From Verrucomicrobiota bacterium (GTDB lineage: Bacteria; Verrucomicrobiota; Verrucomicrobiia; Limisphaerales; UBA11320), in NCBI GenBank assembly GCA_016871475.1, contig VHDG01000001.1, forward strand, positions 1 to 52,082: a DNA stretch of 52,082 nt, written 5' to 3'. The notes beneath the pieces were generated by a model. That model saw nothing but the letters and a program-made list of their open reading frames with translations. It was not told the origin of the DNA and ran no database searches. Every line of letters starts with the position of its first letter. Positions within the stretch are counted from its first letter, which is position 1. Of the stretch, positions 27,001 to 36,400 are shown in pieces. Both the position numbers and the translations under genes were made by a program.

Positions 27001-29475
27001 GGGACTCCCATGATAGCGGGCGCCCACGCCGTAAACGATCCGGGAATCCTGATAGATGAGGGTGCCATCCAGGAACTGGTTACTCAACGGAGGTCGGCGT
27101 TCCCATTCCTGGCGAACCGAGTCGGTCAGCCATAAACGGTAAACTCCAAACGATTGGGTCGAAACCGGGTCGCCGAACCTGACCACGCACTCGCGACCCG
27201 GCGCGTGGGCCGGGAAGACGCTCAGTTTGGACTCCCGGAAGCCGTCGCGCGCTTCGATGTAGAACGCCACGATCCCACCCCGTGGCTGGCCAGGCAGGCG
27301 CGCCGAGAACACACGATCGCCCGCATGGCGGTCACCGGCCATGGCATCATCTCGCATGACCACGGCATGCCACTCCATCGCCGGATCGATGCGATACCTC
27401 AGCAGCGGGTTCCCCTGTAGACCATCGACATCTTCCACGCTTGCGAAAACGGTCACCGTTTCGTCGGGAGCGGGAACCACGGGTTCGTGCCTCACGTCGA
27501 AGATCGCTGGACCGACATTGGGCTGAAACTGGCTGTTGGTCCGTCCGGGAGTTCCTAGATTCCTGGGCACAGGAAGTTGGGCGGAGAGTTCCAGCGGGTT
27601 GCCGCGAATTCGAATGAGGAGCAGGGGGGTACCACGAAGCCAGCGCGCTCTCGCCCGGATCACACCGGTTTGGCCGTTTGCCAATCGACCCGTCAGGTCT
27701 GTCTCCACGTTGTTCCCGCCCGTATCTCCACCCCCGGAACTTGAAACTCGATAAGCGCGTCCTCCGAAACCCAATGCCCCTTCGTAAACGCCGGAGGCGG
27801 AGTGATTGCCTGTGGCAACCCATCCCGCAGTATCCGTCTCGAAATCGGAACCGCGGACCAGATTCGGTTCCCCCAGCCTCGAAACCACCAAGTCGTCGAT
27901 GAGACATTCTCCTTTGCCGAGCTGTACCAACTGAAGCTCATCGTAAACGGCGGCTCCCAGCTCGAGAATCCCGACTCGCTCCAACTGGGTCCAAGTCCCC
28001 TTGCCCGTCTCGTCGCTGTCCGCCCAGTGGCCCGCTCGCTGATTGCTGCCGCGTGGATCCATCAGTTCCAAGCTGCTTCCGCCCCCATCTGCCCAGCGAC
28101 CCCACTGGCCCCCTTCGCCCCATTCAAACTCATTCACCACCTTTTCGATCGTGACCTGTTGTGAAATCCCTGTCGGCCCCGTTCGCGAAAAGGTCCTTGG
28201 CCTTATCAGCCGAACCTGCGGAAAGCCACGCCGTAAACTCCCCGAGAAACCTCCGACCACTTGCGAAGGGTCGATTCCCTGATAGTTCTCAAGGATCCGT
28301 TCGCGATTCTTCGCCACCACGACCATTCCGCCTGGGGACAGTTTCGAGCCGGAAGGAAACGTAAACCGGATCGTCCCTTCGAGGCGCCAGGCATCGAGAG
28401 ACACGGTGTCAGTTCCTCGGTTGAGCAGCTCAAGATACTCATCATCATCGTCGCCCGAGATCGGATGATACATCACCTCGTTGATAACGACGTCCTCAAC
28501 GACATGTGGACTGTTCCGCTGTCCAGGGGTGGGCGATACCGAGAATCCCAGTGGACCCACTCCATCCGGGAACCGACTGAGCGTGTCCGCAACATCCCCC
28601 AGTTCAACACGCACTGCGTCCTCAATCCTGGTTCGCTCGCGATTCTCCAGGAGCACGAGCGTTCTCGAGGTCGTTCCGGGAAGACCATGAAACGCTCGGA
28701 ATCCACCCGGGGGGATGACAGGTTGGGGAGCGATCTGATAGGGCGGCGAGTGTGGATCGATGAGGATCCAATAGCCCGTGGGATCGATGGCGGATTCCGA
28801 GCGATTCCAGACCTCGACGAAACGGGATGCGGGGTCAGGGTGATGAAGGCAGAGTTCGTTCAGCACGAGGGTTGCCTCATTCTCTGGCGCGGCTCGTTCG
28901 ATCACACCCGGGGTTCCCCCGATGAGTGAGCTCGCTTTCCAAGCCCGAGGGTTTCTTTCCCCCTGCGACGGGAAGGCAAGCACCAAGCTGGCGCCACCAC
29001 CCCCTGCGGCCGCGGGCCATGGGTGTCGGGATTGATACGGAATCTCAAGCAAACGGGCTCCGCTCCGATGCCGCAGTTCGAGAGTTCCGGAGCCGTCAGG
29101 CAGGTCCGTCTCGACACCTCCGAAAACCGTCGCGAGACCGTAAGCGTCCTTAAGACTCTGAGGGTGCGCGGCAACCACAAGAACGGCCCCGGGGGCCATC
29201 ACCGTGTTCGGAGGAAACCGATATTCCCAATCGCCAGTCAGCCGGAACCCGGACAGGTCCTCCGGGATCGGGCTTGAATTGTATATCTCAACGAATTCGA
29301 GGTTCCGCCCCGACGCTGCGCCGGACGGAGCGTACATCACCTCCGTTATAACGATGCCGGTTCTCCGGGAAGAAGGTCCGAGAGGCTCGCTCGCTTCCAG
29401 AGCCTCCCCTCCTGGCATAACAATCAACAGGACTGCTGCTACCCATCCCCGCTTGACGCGGTTCGCCCGCTGCAT
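24025..29475 (-). CDS. Giant secreted LTD (about 5 copies) / CotH kinase-like protein with C-terminal FYRI domain
   Basis: 1816 aa from the ATG at 29473-29475 (MQRANRVKRGWVAAVLLIV); an alternative ATG lies at 29499. LTD motifs: IVITEVMYAP..FVEIYN, LVLNELC..FVEVWN, VVINEVMYHP..YLELLN, VVINEIQP..FLELFN, IVINEWMA..WFELYN. CotH-type region GARYHGSPYSRPGY..NFWVNGTRRGIVCAE. It ends ..GVGFYRILAIDP. Confidence 0.88.
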   Translation of the reverse strand: MQRANRVKRGWVAAVLLIVMPGGEALEASEPLGPSSRRTGIVITEVMYAPSGAASGRNLEFVEIYNSSPIPEDLSGFRLTGDWEYRFPPNTVMAPGAVLVVAAHPQSLKDAYGLATVFGGVETDLPDGSGTLELRHRSGARLLEIPYQSRHPWPAAAGGGGASLVLAFPSQGERNPRAWKASSLIGGTPGVIERAAPENEATLVLNELCLHHPDPASRFVEVWNRSESAIDPTGYWILIDPHSPPYQIAPQPVIPPGGFRAFHGLPGTTSRTLVLLENRERTRIEDAVRVELGDVADTLSRFPDGVGPLGFSVSPTPGQRNSPHVVEDVVINEVMYHPISGDDDDEYLELLNRGTDTVSLDAWRLEGTIRFTFPSGSKLSPGGMVVVAKNRERILENYQGIDPSQVVGGFSGSLRRGFPQVRLIRPRTFSRTGPTGISQQVTIEKVVNEFEWGEGGQWGRWADGGGSSLELMDPRGSNQRAGHWADSDETGKGTWTQLERVGILELGAAVYDELQLVQLGKGECLIDDLVVSRLGEPNLVRGSDFETDTAGWVATGNHSASGVYEGALGFGGRAYRVSSSGGGDTGGNNVETDLTGRLANGQTGVIRARARWLRGTPLLLIRIRGNPLELSAQLPVPRNLGTPGRTNSQFQPNVGPAIFDVRHEPVVPAPDETVTVFASVEDVDGLQGNPLLRYRIDPAMEWHAVVMRDDAMAGDRHAGDRVFSARLPGQPRGGIVAFYIEARDGFRESKLSVFPAHAPGRECVVRFGDPVSTQSFGVYRLWLTDSVRQEWERRPPLSNQFLDGTLIYQDSRIVYGVGARYHGSPYSRPGYNGPTRNLCAFNLETPKDDPILGVDELYLDPPELYSKDPTLLREELSFYLADRFDIPFSHKRYVNFWVNGTRRGIVCAETQQPNTDFIKAWFPEDDRGDLFKIDDWFEFSDSGIIESWVNATLEPFTAFGGTKAQARYRWNWEKKANGGWDDDYREIFRLVDALNERNADLYTARVESLVDVEEWMRAFAIRHITEDSDGYGYGRGKNMFAYKPTDGRWQMIVTDLDHGLGSYNPSTSDSLYAVNDPTIGRMYQHPPFRRAYLRALKEAIQGPYSSAAFESRVRDLETALTGNAVPVGSLAPLRTWMEARRNFIRTAVALEDTSQFRLLAPPAAGYETNRNLVILRGTAPVHIKTVLANGRPYPTRWTTPIAWEMTVPLHPGTNDLRIAGLDRWGLLVGSNELAVGVRFTGTSDRAERTVVINEIQPRAPLPGAEFLELFNASPSTAFDLSDWRLEGVDFVFPAGSLLHPNSFVVIASSPGSFREAYPDFVPPVGYFLGRLDPEGETLRLVQAPAQKSPAAVVDEVSYRTTAPWPSNPQGSRASLQLMDVASDNDHPRNWFAAPPEPSNAPYTYVGFTNVWRYDQSGRDLRKDWRLEDYDDSTWSSGAGLFFVENAVLPASKRTALRLGPTTYYFRTRITNDVPYGPGGTLRLYTLVDDGAVFYLNNVELFRSGMPTGEVSSMTFATRNVNDATIEGPFDVPAASLRPGENVLAVEVHQLNAFSADVVFGATLQSGLIHGAPYTPGRANTLRQPLPTATRIVINEWMAANTDFLRDPASGLFSDWFELYNPSGTMISLEGWTLTDDWKEPAKFRIPPGRQIGPDGYLLVWADDRPSLNQAQRDLHVNFKLGQSGEIIALFMPDGTLSDSVTFGQQTENESEGRFPQASPSPYSRFKSPSPLRSNGTEVPPEPPLRIVTVTLVDRDLSLECEVVVGRTYALQVRSGLVEGAWQEQGRAERATRDRLRFVFPVSSEGVGFYRILAIDP

Positions 29476-29535
29476 GAATATTCTTAGCCCAAAGTGCATC
29501 TGACCATTCCGGATGCTTTTGATTGCCAAAAATAC

Positions 29536-31677
29536 ATGAATTCCGCCGGCTGTCAGGCTGAACTTTCGGGAGTGTTGATGGCGACTTGGCTGGGGTTCGG
29601 GTTGTGGGCCGAAGCGGGGACGCATTGGGCGTTTGAGCAGGTGCGGCGCCCGTCTGTGCCGAGGGTTGAGAACGCGGCGTGGCTGGCTACGCCCGTCGAC
29701 GCGTTCATCCTGGCGCAACAGGAAAAGGCGCATCTGAGTCCTTCGCAGCCTGCAAAGCCGGCTGTGTTGCTGCGTCGGCTCTACCTCGACCTCGTAGGAT
29801 TTCCTCCTTCGGCCGAAGCGGTGGAACGGTTCGAGCATGACGTTCGTCCCGTGGCCTACGCAGAAGCGGTCGAAGGTCTTTTGGCGTCGCCCCACTTCGG
29901 CGAGCGATGGGGAAGACATTGGCTCGACGTGGCACGTTATGCCGACAGTGGAGGGTATGAGGCCGATCTCCCGCGAACTGCCTGGCGTTACCGCGACTAT
30001 GTCATCGGGGCGCTGAATCAGAACCTTCCCTTCGATCAATTCGTGGAGGAGCAGCTGGCGGGGGATCTGCTTCCGGGAGCGACCGAGGAGCAACGCATCG
30101 CAACGGCTTTCCACGCCAACAACATGTTGGATGGCAACCTCCCCTGGGAGGCCAATATCGATCGCGTCAGCACGACGGCCACTGTCTTCCTTGGACTCAC
30201 CGTGGGTTGCGCGCAGTGCCACGACCACAAGACGGATCCTATTTCGACGAGAGAGTTCTACCAGCTCTACGCGTTTTTCAACGAGGCGGCGAATGACGAG
30301 CTGAGCCTGGCGACGCCGGCGGATCGGGCTCGACGCGACTCCGCGCAGCTGAAGATCAAGCAAGCCGAGGAGGAACTGGAGGATCATCGCCGGTCGCGGC
30401 AGTCCGAAATCGCCGCCTGGGCGACTCAACTTACTTCCGACCAACGGAGGAATCTCCCCGCTTCGGTGCGGAGCGCGCTGGAGAGTCCGGCGGCCACCCG
30501 AACCCGGGAGCAAGTTCAGGCCATTGAGGAAGCGTTCTGGGCACAGGATACGCGGGCCAAAGATTTAAGCCTGAGTCTCGAGCGGCTTAAAGCGGCTCAG
30601 CCTCAACTGCCGGTGATTCCGGTACTTTCCCACCGTACGAACGAAACCCGCATGTTCCTTCGCGGGAATCCCGAAACGCTGGGAGCCCCAGTCCAGGCCG
30701 GATTCCCCGCTGCATTATCTCCGCCCGACATCGGCGCTGGCCACTCTCTTACCCGGCGGGATCTCGCTCGATGGCTGATGTCCCCCCAGAATCCATTAAC
30801 GGCGCGCGTCACGGTCAACCGAATCTGGCAACAGTATTTCGGCCGAGGTCTGGTCGAGACAGAGAATGATTTCGGAATTCAAACACCTCGACCACTCCAT
30901 CAACCCCTTCTCGATTGGCTCGCTGCCGAGTTCATGTCCAGCGGCTGGAACGTGAAGCATATTCACCGTCTGCTCGTATCTTCCTCCACCTACCGGCAGT
31001 CGTCCCGCCGGCGTTCCGAGTTGGATCGCCACGACCCTGGAAATACACTCGTGGCGAGGCAACATCGTTCGCGTCTGGAGGCCGAGACGATCCGGGACAG
31101 TGCCCTCGTTGTCAGCGGGTTGATCGAGCATCGGATCGGAGGTCCCAGCGTGTTTCCTCACCAACCAGAGGGAGTTCTGGACTTTCGCGCCACCAAAGCG
31201 GAATGGGTGAAGAGTCAGGGAGCAGATCAATATCGTCGTGGCCTCTACACCTGGTTTTGGCGCTTGACCCCATACCCCTTCCTCACCCTGTTTGACGCCC
31301 CCGACGCTTTCACGACGCAGACGCAGCGAACGCGCTCTAACACCCCCACGCAGGCACTTACTCTCCTCAATGACCCTGTGTTCCTGGAAGCGGCTCAGGC
31401 CCTCGCTGCAAGAGTCCTCGAAGATGGAGGGGTGTCCACCTCCGATCGCATCCGATACGCCATCAGGCGCTGTTTGGGACGCTCCCCCACTTCCGACGAG
31501 ATCGAGACTCTGGAAGGCTTGTTGGAAGAACAGACCGCCGATTTCCGCAGCCGACCAGGAGAAGCAGCGCGCTTTCTTGGGCGTGAGTTCCCCGAATCCG
31601 AGGGAATCGAACGAGCGGCGTGGACGGTGGTCAGTCGAGCCCTGCTGAACCTGGATGAATTCATCAGCCGTGAATGA
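29536..31677 (+). CDS. DUF1549 + DUF1553 protein, pair 3 (no cytochrome or LamG domain)
   Basis: 713 aa from the ATG at 29536; an alternative ATG lies at 29578. [40 protein letters not shown] and GCAQCHDHKTDPI. It ends ..LLNLDEFISRE, like its two paralogs. Confidence 0.9.
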   Translation: MNSAGCQAELSGVLMATWLGFGLWAEAGTHWAFEQVRRPSVPRVENAAWLATPVDAFILAQQEKAHLSPSQPAKPAVLLRRLYLDLVGFPPSAEAVERFEHDVRPVAYAEAVEGLLASPHFGERWGRHWLDVARYADSGGYEADLPRTAWRYRDYVIGALNQNLPFDQFVEEQLAGDLLPGATEEQRIATAFHANNMLDGNLPWEANIDRVSTTATVFLGLTVGCAQCHDHKTDPISTREFYQLYAFFNEAANDELSLATPADRARRDSAQLKIKQAEEELEDHRRSRQSEIAAWATQLTSDQRRNLPASVRSALESPAATRTREQVQAIEEAFWAQDTRAKDLSLSLERLKAAQPQLPVIPVLSHRTNETRMFLRGNPETLGAPVQAGFPAALSPPDIGAGHSLTRRDLARWLMSPQNPLTARVTVNRIWQQYFGRGLVETENDFGIQTPRPLHQPLLDWLAAEFMSSGWNVKHIHRLLVSSSTYRQSSRRRSELDRHDPGNTLVARQHRSRLEAETIRDSALVVSGLIEHRIGGPSVFPHQPEGVLDFRATKAEWVKSQGADQYRRGLYTWFWRLTPYPFLTLFDAPDAFTTQTQRTRSNTPTQALTLLNDPVFLEAAQALAARVLEDGGVSTSDRIRYAIRRCLGRSPTSDEIETLEGLLEEQTADFRSRPGEAARFLGREFPESEGIERAAWTVVSRALLNLDEFISRE

Positions 31678-33149
31678 ACCCCATGCAGATCACCCAACCC
31701 GTTCAGCTTGCCTCTAATGCCCGCACGGTGCCGGGATTCGGCTCGCGGCGAGCCTTCCTCGGAGCGTGCGGCACGGCCCTCTTCAACGCTGCAGTGGTCC
31801 CCCTCCTCGCAGGTTCTCCCACAGCTGGCGATTCCGCTGGCCGTGTTGCCATATCGCCTTCCCGCCTTGGCCTCCCCCACTTCGTCCCTCGGGCAAAGAA
31901 CGTGATCTTTCTCTTCATGATCGGAGCGCCTAGCCAGCTCGACTTGTTTGATCACAAGCCGCTGCTGAACCAGCGCGAAGGCGAACCCTTGCCTGACTCG
32001 TTGCTGCGGAGGGCCAAATTCGCTCAGATCAAAGAGAAGCAGCCGAAGCTCTGGGGCACGCGTTGGGCTTTCGCGCAGCACGGGCAGTGCGGGGCGCAGG
32101 TGAGCGAACTCCTGCCTCATACGGCTTCCATCGTCGACCAGATCGCCTTCCTCAAGACCGTCAAAGCGGACGACGTGAACCATTCGTTCGGTGAGTTGCA
32201 GATGAACACGGGATGGAGGCAGTTCGGGAGGCCTAGCTTGGGCAGTTGGGTTGCCTACGGATTGGGAACGGAGTCCAAGGATCTGCCAGGCTTTGTTGTG
32301 CTCAGATCGGGGATGCACCCCCGAAGCAAGGGCGCGAACTACGGCAGCGCATTCCTGCCGTCGGCTTTTCAGGGTGTCCCCTTGCGGGAGAAAGGGGATG
32401 CCATTCTCAACCTGGGCATCCCTGATGGACTGGGCTTCAGCGGGCAGGGTCGGACGGTCGCCGCGATCAACCGACTCAACCAGATCCGCCACGAAGAAAC
32501 GGGCGATCCCGAGATCCTGGCTCGCATCTCCGCCTACGAACTGGCCTTTCGCATGCAGGCCTCGGCCCCCGGGTTGTTGGATCTCCGGGGTGAAAGTCCG
32601 AGCACGTTCTCAGCCTACGGATGTGACCCCGTGAAACCCTCGTTTGCCAGGAACTGCCTGCTGGCCCGGCGGTTGATCGAGCGAGGCGTCAGGTTCGTGC
32701 AGCTCTTCCATGGGGATTGGGATCATCATTCCAATATCGAGCAAGGTCTCCCTTCCATGTGTCGCAGTGTGGACCAGGCCTCAGCGGCCTTGGTCAAGGA
32801 CCTCGCCCACCGAGGATTACTCGACGACACTCTGGTGATCTGGGGTGGAGAATTTGGACGTGGAGCCGTCGCGCAAGTGGAATCCAACAAGCATGTTGGA
32901 CGCGATCATCACATCGATGCATTCACCCTTTGGATGGCTGGCGGCGGTGTTCGTCCTGGATTCACACTAGGCGAGACCGACGAGTTCGGATACCTGCCGC
33001 TTCGCAATTCCGTTCACATCCACGATCTCCATGCCACGATTCTTCACTTGCTCGGACTGGACCACGAGAGGTTGACATTCCGCTTCGCTGGCCGGGATTT
33101 TAGATTGACAGATGTGGCTGGCGACGTCGTCACCCCGTTGCTGCTCTGA
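31674..33149 (+). CDS. DUF1501 family protein, pair 3
   Basis: 491 aa. The ATG overlaps the upstream TGA (ATGA at 31674-31677). Twin-arginine-like GSRRAFLGACG. Blocks MIGAPSQLDLFDHKP, WDHHS, GEFGRGA and GRDHH. Confidence 0.92.
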   Translation: MNPMQITQPVQLASNARTVPGFGSRRAFLGACGTALFNAAVVPLLAGSPTAGDSAGRVAISPSRLGLPHFVPRAKNVIFLFMIGAPSQLDLFDHKPLLNQREGEPLPDSLLRRAKFAQIKEKQPKLWGTRWAFAQHGQCGAQVSELLPHTASIVDQIAFLKTVKADDVNHSFGELQMNTGWRQFGRPSLGSWVAYGLGTESKDLPGFVVLRSGMHPRSKGANYGSAFLPSAFQGVPLREKGDAILNLGIPDGLGFSGQGRTVAAINRLNQIRHEETGDPEILARISAYELAFRMQASAPGLLDLRGESPSTFSAYGCDPVKPSFARNCLLARRLIERGVRFVQLFHGDWDHHSNIEQGLPSMCRSVDQASAALVKDLAHRGLLDDTLVIWGGEFGRGAVAQVESNKHVGRDHHIDAFTLWMAGGGVRPGFTLGETDEFGYLPLRNSVHIHDLHATILHLLGLDHERLTFRFAGRDFRLTDVAGDVVTPLLL

Positions 33150-33414
33150 AAACGGATCACACCCTCCGGCCTGGCCGCGCCACAATACTTTCCCCCTTAA
33201 GACACAGGACAGACCCTGCACTCTGTTCACTTCGTTTTGTTACTAAGAATCACTTTTGGGTTGACCAGAGTTCTGGTCCATGCTATTCACTCACTCAATC
33301 GCCCCTCTCCCGAGCTCTTTTCGCGCAGGCCCCTGCGATCCTGTGTCGCCAGTCTGGGAATGCCTTATCGGTCGGGAAGGGGACAGACCGCTCAGGTCGA
33401 TAACGCACAATCAG

Positions 33415-36400
33415 ATGAAAACATCCCAGCGACTGTTAGTTCTTTTCTTGATGGGCTTCCCCTTCACTTCGGGCTTGCTTCATGCGCAACAGGTGTGGAA
33501 TTGGGCTCTCGACTACGTTCCCAACGTTGTTCCTCCACGGGAGATCGGGACCGAGGGCGCCTGGTCCTATGGGTACGATGCCAACACGTCGGATGAATTG
33601 AGCGCGCCCTTTGAGTTCGTGCCGTTTCCGATCTTTGGCAACCACATATGGGGCGGGGGCGATTACCATTTCAGTGGCCCGAATCCGGCGCTTCTTGCCA
33701 AACAGGCGAATGGAATGATCATCCACACTGCGCCGAATGCGAAACAACCTGTCGTTGTGCGGTGGACTGCGACACGGGCGATGACGGTGAACATCACGGG
33801 TCGCGCGTACAAGTTTGCGTTCGACGAGAACAACGGCCGCACGCAGGAGTTTTATGTCCGCAAGAATGGTGAATCTCCGCTGACATTTGGCACGGTATCC
33901 GATGCCACTCTCGACTCGGGGGCTCCTTTGGCATTCGCCGCCACCACCACCGTTCAGCTCGGAGACACAATCGATACCTTCGCCGTGAGAACGGCTGACA
34001 AGATTCAAGGGTTCCTGGGGATCGAGCTTGTGCTCCATGAGGTATTGGCTGGAGCTCCCACCATCACTGTTCACCCTCAGGCGGCGGACGCACTTCCTGG
34101 GAGCACCGCGAGCCTCTCGGTGACAGCGTCGGGCGACGCACCCTTGGCTTATCAGTGGCATCGCAATGGAAACGACATCGCGGGAGCCGATGGAGCCACC
34201 CTCATGCTCCCGGCGGCAACGGTCACCGACGCCGGGGTATATGGCGTCAGGGTGAGCAACGGTCTTGGGACCGCGGAGAGCCTGACGGTTGTTGTGGAGG
34301 TGAATCCGCCTCCCTCAACCACTCGACACGACCTCCGCGATGATTTCCGGCTTTCCTCGAACCCTACCGACCGGGGCTGGCAGTATAGTCGCGCGCTCCG
34401 AGACGGGGGCGGTCGGGTTCGACCGATCACTCCCAATTGGAACGAGCCGGACTTCGGATCCGGACAGCTCGGATGGGAAGGTCCGGGGAACGCACCCCAT
34501 GCCGGGTGGGCGAGGCGCATCGACAATGGCAATCCGACTCCCACCTACGACGACCCGGTGGGAGCCATTCTCACTCATGGCCCCACGAGTGCTGTTTGGA
34601 AATCCCCGCCCGGCGATCCCAACCGTTTTGCGAATATCCGTGGCGACATCTACAACATCCGCAAGTTTGGGCGATCGGGTACCTGGAGGATTTTCAAGAA
34701 CTCGACTGAGATCACTTCTGGCACCGTGGATGACAACAGCGGGACCTCGACTGCTCCCAAGAGCTTCGTTCACGGCTCAGCAGGGCCGAGTGTTTTAGAA
34801 GGGATTCCCTACCAGCCCGGCGATGCGTTCCGGCTTGAGATTCTTCACGATGATTTCGCGGCGGTGAACTTCACTATTGAAACGACGGCATCCCCACCCG
34901 ATCCGTTGATCACCGTGCAACCTCAGGGTCGGGTGGTCTCTCCGGGAACTGAGGTCACTCTGCGTGTTGTTGCCGAAGGCACTGCACCCCTGACGTACCA
35001 GTGGAAGCGAAATGGGGTCGACCTTCCGGGACGAACCGCCGACACGCTGGTGATTCCCTTTGCCACGGAGACCGCGGATTACCAAGTGCTGGTGACGAGC
35101 GCCAAGGGCAGTCGACTGAGCAGTTCGGCGACTGTGGTAGTTGCCGACCGCTCGCCCGGCGAACCTTGGGACCTGGTTGCTGATTTCCAGCCCGGCAAAG
35201 TTCCCGCTGTGGACGTGGGTCCCGATGGCTCGTGGTCGTACGGTTACGATGCCCGGACAAACGATGATGTGCTGGCGCCCCTTCAGTTCGTCCCCATGCC
35301 ATTGTACGCGCAGCACGTCATTGGTAACGCAGACTACCACATTAGCGCGCCGAACCCCGGGAGCATCGCTCCACGAGGCAGTGGCTTGTATATTCACACC
35401 TCTGATCAGCCAAACCAACAAGCCATCATTCTTCGATGGACTGCCCGACGCCCTATGCGAATCCACATCATGGGGAGCGCGTACAAGTATGAAGTCGAGG
35501 GTAATGGCCGAACTCAGGATTTCTTTCTCCGGAAGAACAGCGGCCCTCTCCTTGCCTCAGGCACGGTGTCGGATGACACGGTCCGGAACCTTGGGACTGA
35601 ACTGCCCATCGCTGCTGAGAATATTTCGATGTTAGCCGGCGACTTCATAGACCTCTTCGTTTCCCGGCATCCGGGAAGCGTGCAAGGATTTTTGGGCGTG
35701 GAGCTCGTCATCAGTGAGGTCCTGTCGGATGTCGGATTGGACTTTGCCTTGGACGCCAACCCGACAGCCACTGGGTGGCAGTACAGCGAGTCGCTCGGCA
35801 ACGGGGGAGGGCCTGTGGGTGGTGCCGTACCGAACTGGAATCAACCCGACTTCGGCCCGGGTCAGACTGGATGGCAAGGGGTTCGGGCAGGGGCTCACGC
35901 AGGGTGGGCGAGGCGCATCGACAATGGAAACGGCACCCCGACATACGATGATCCTGTCGACACCGTGCTGACCCATGGGCCAACGAGTGTGAAGTGGACC
36001 GCCCCGGTGGGTTCAGGCCCAGGCCACCTGGCCATTCGGGGAGGGCTGTGGAACATCCGACACTTCGGTCGGAGCGGAACGTGGAAGCTCTGGAAGAACG
36101 ACACCCAATTGATTAGCGAAGGCGCCATTGATGACGCCAACGGCACTTCGTTAAGTCCGAGGAGCTACGCTTCTGGCAGTGGAGGTGCGGCTGGTTTGCA
36201 AAACATCCCCTATCAGGACGGGGATTCCATTCGGCTCGAAGTTCTCAACGGTGACTTCGTCGGCGTCCGGTTATCAATCAGCACCTACAAGATCGTAGTG
36301 GATCCGCCCACCATCACGCTTCAACCCCGCAGCGTCGTGGCTTTGGTTGGCGCCGCCGCGGTCTATCGGGTCGAGGCCAGCGGGCCGCCACCACTGGCAT

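Noticed and set aside
29476-30513. The N-terminal 346 codons of the 2162-aa ORF 24025-30513.
   Set aside because: This part overlaps the well-supported plus-strand DUF1549/DUF1553 gene and translates to Arg-rich, non-protein-like sequence. A plausible signal peptide begins at the in-frame ATG at 29475, so the gene is called as 24025-29475.
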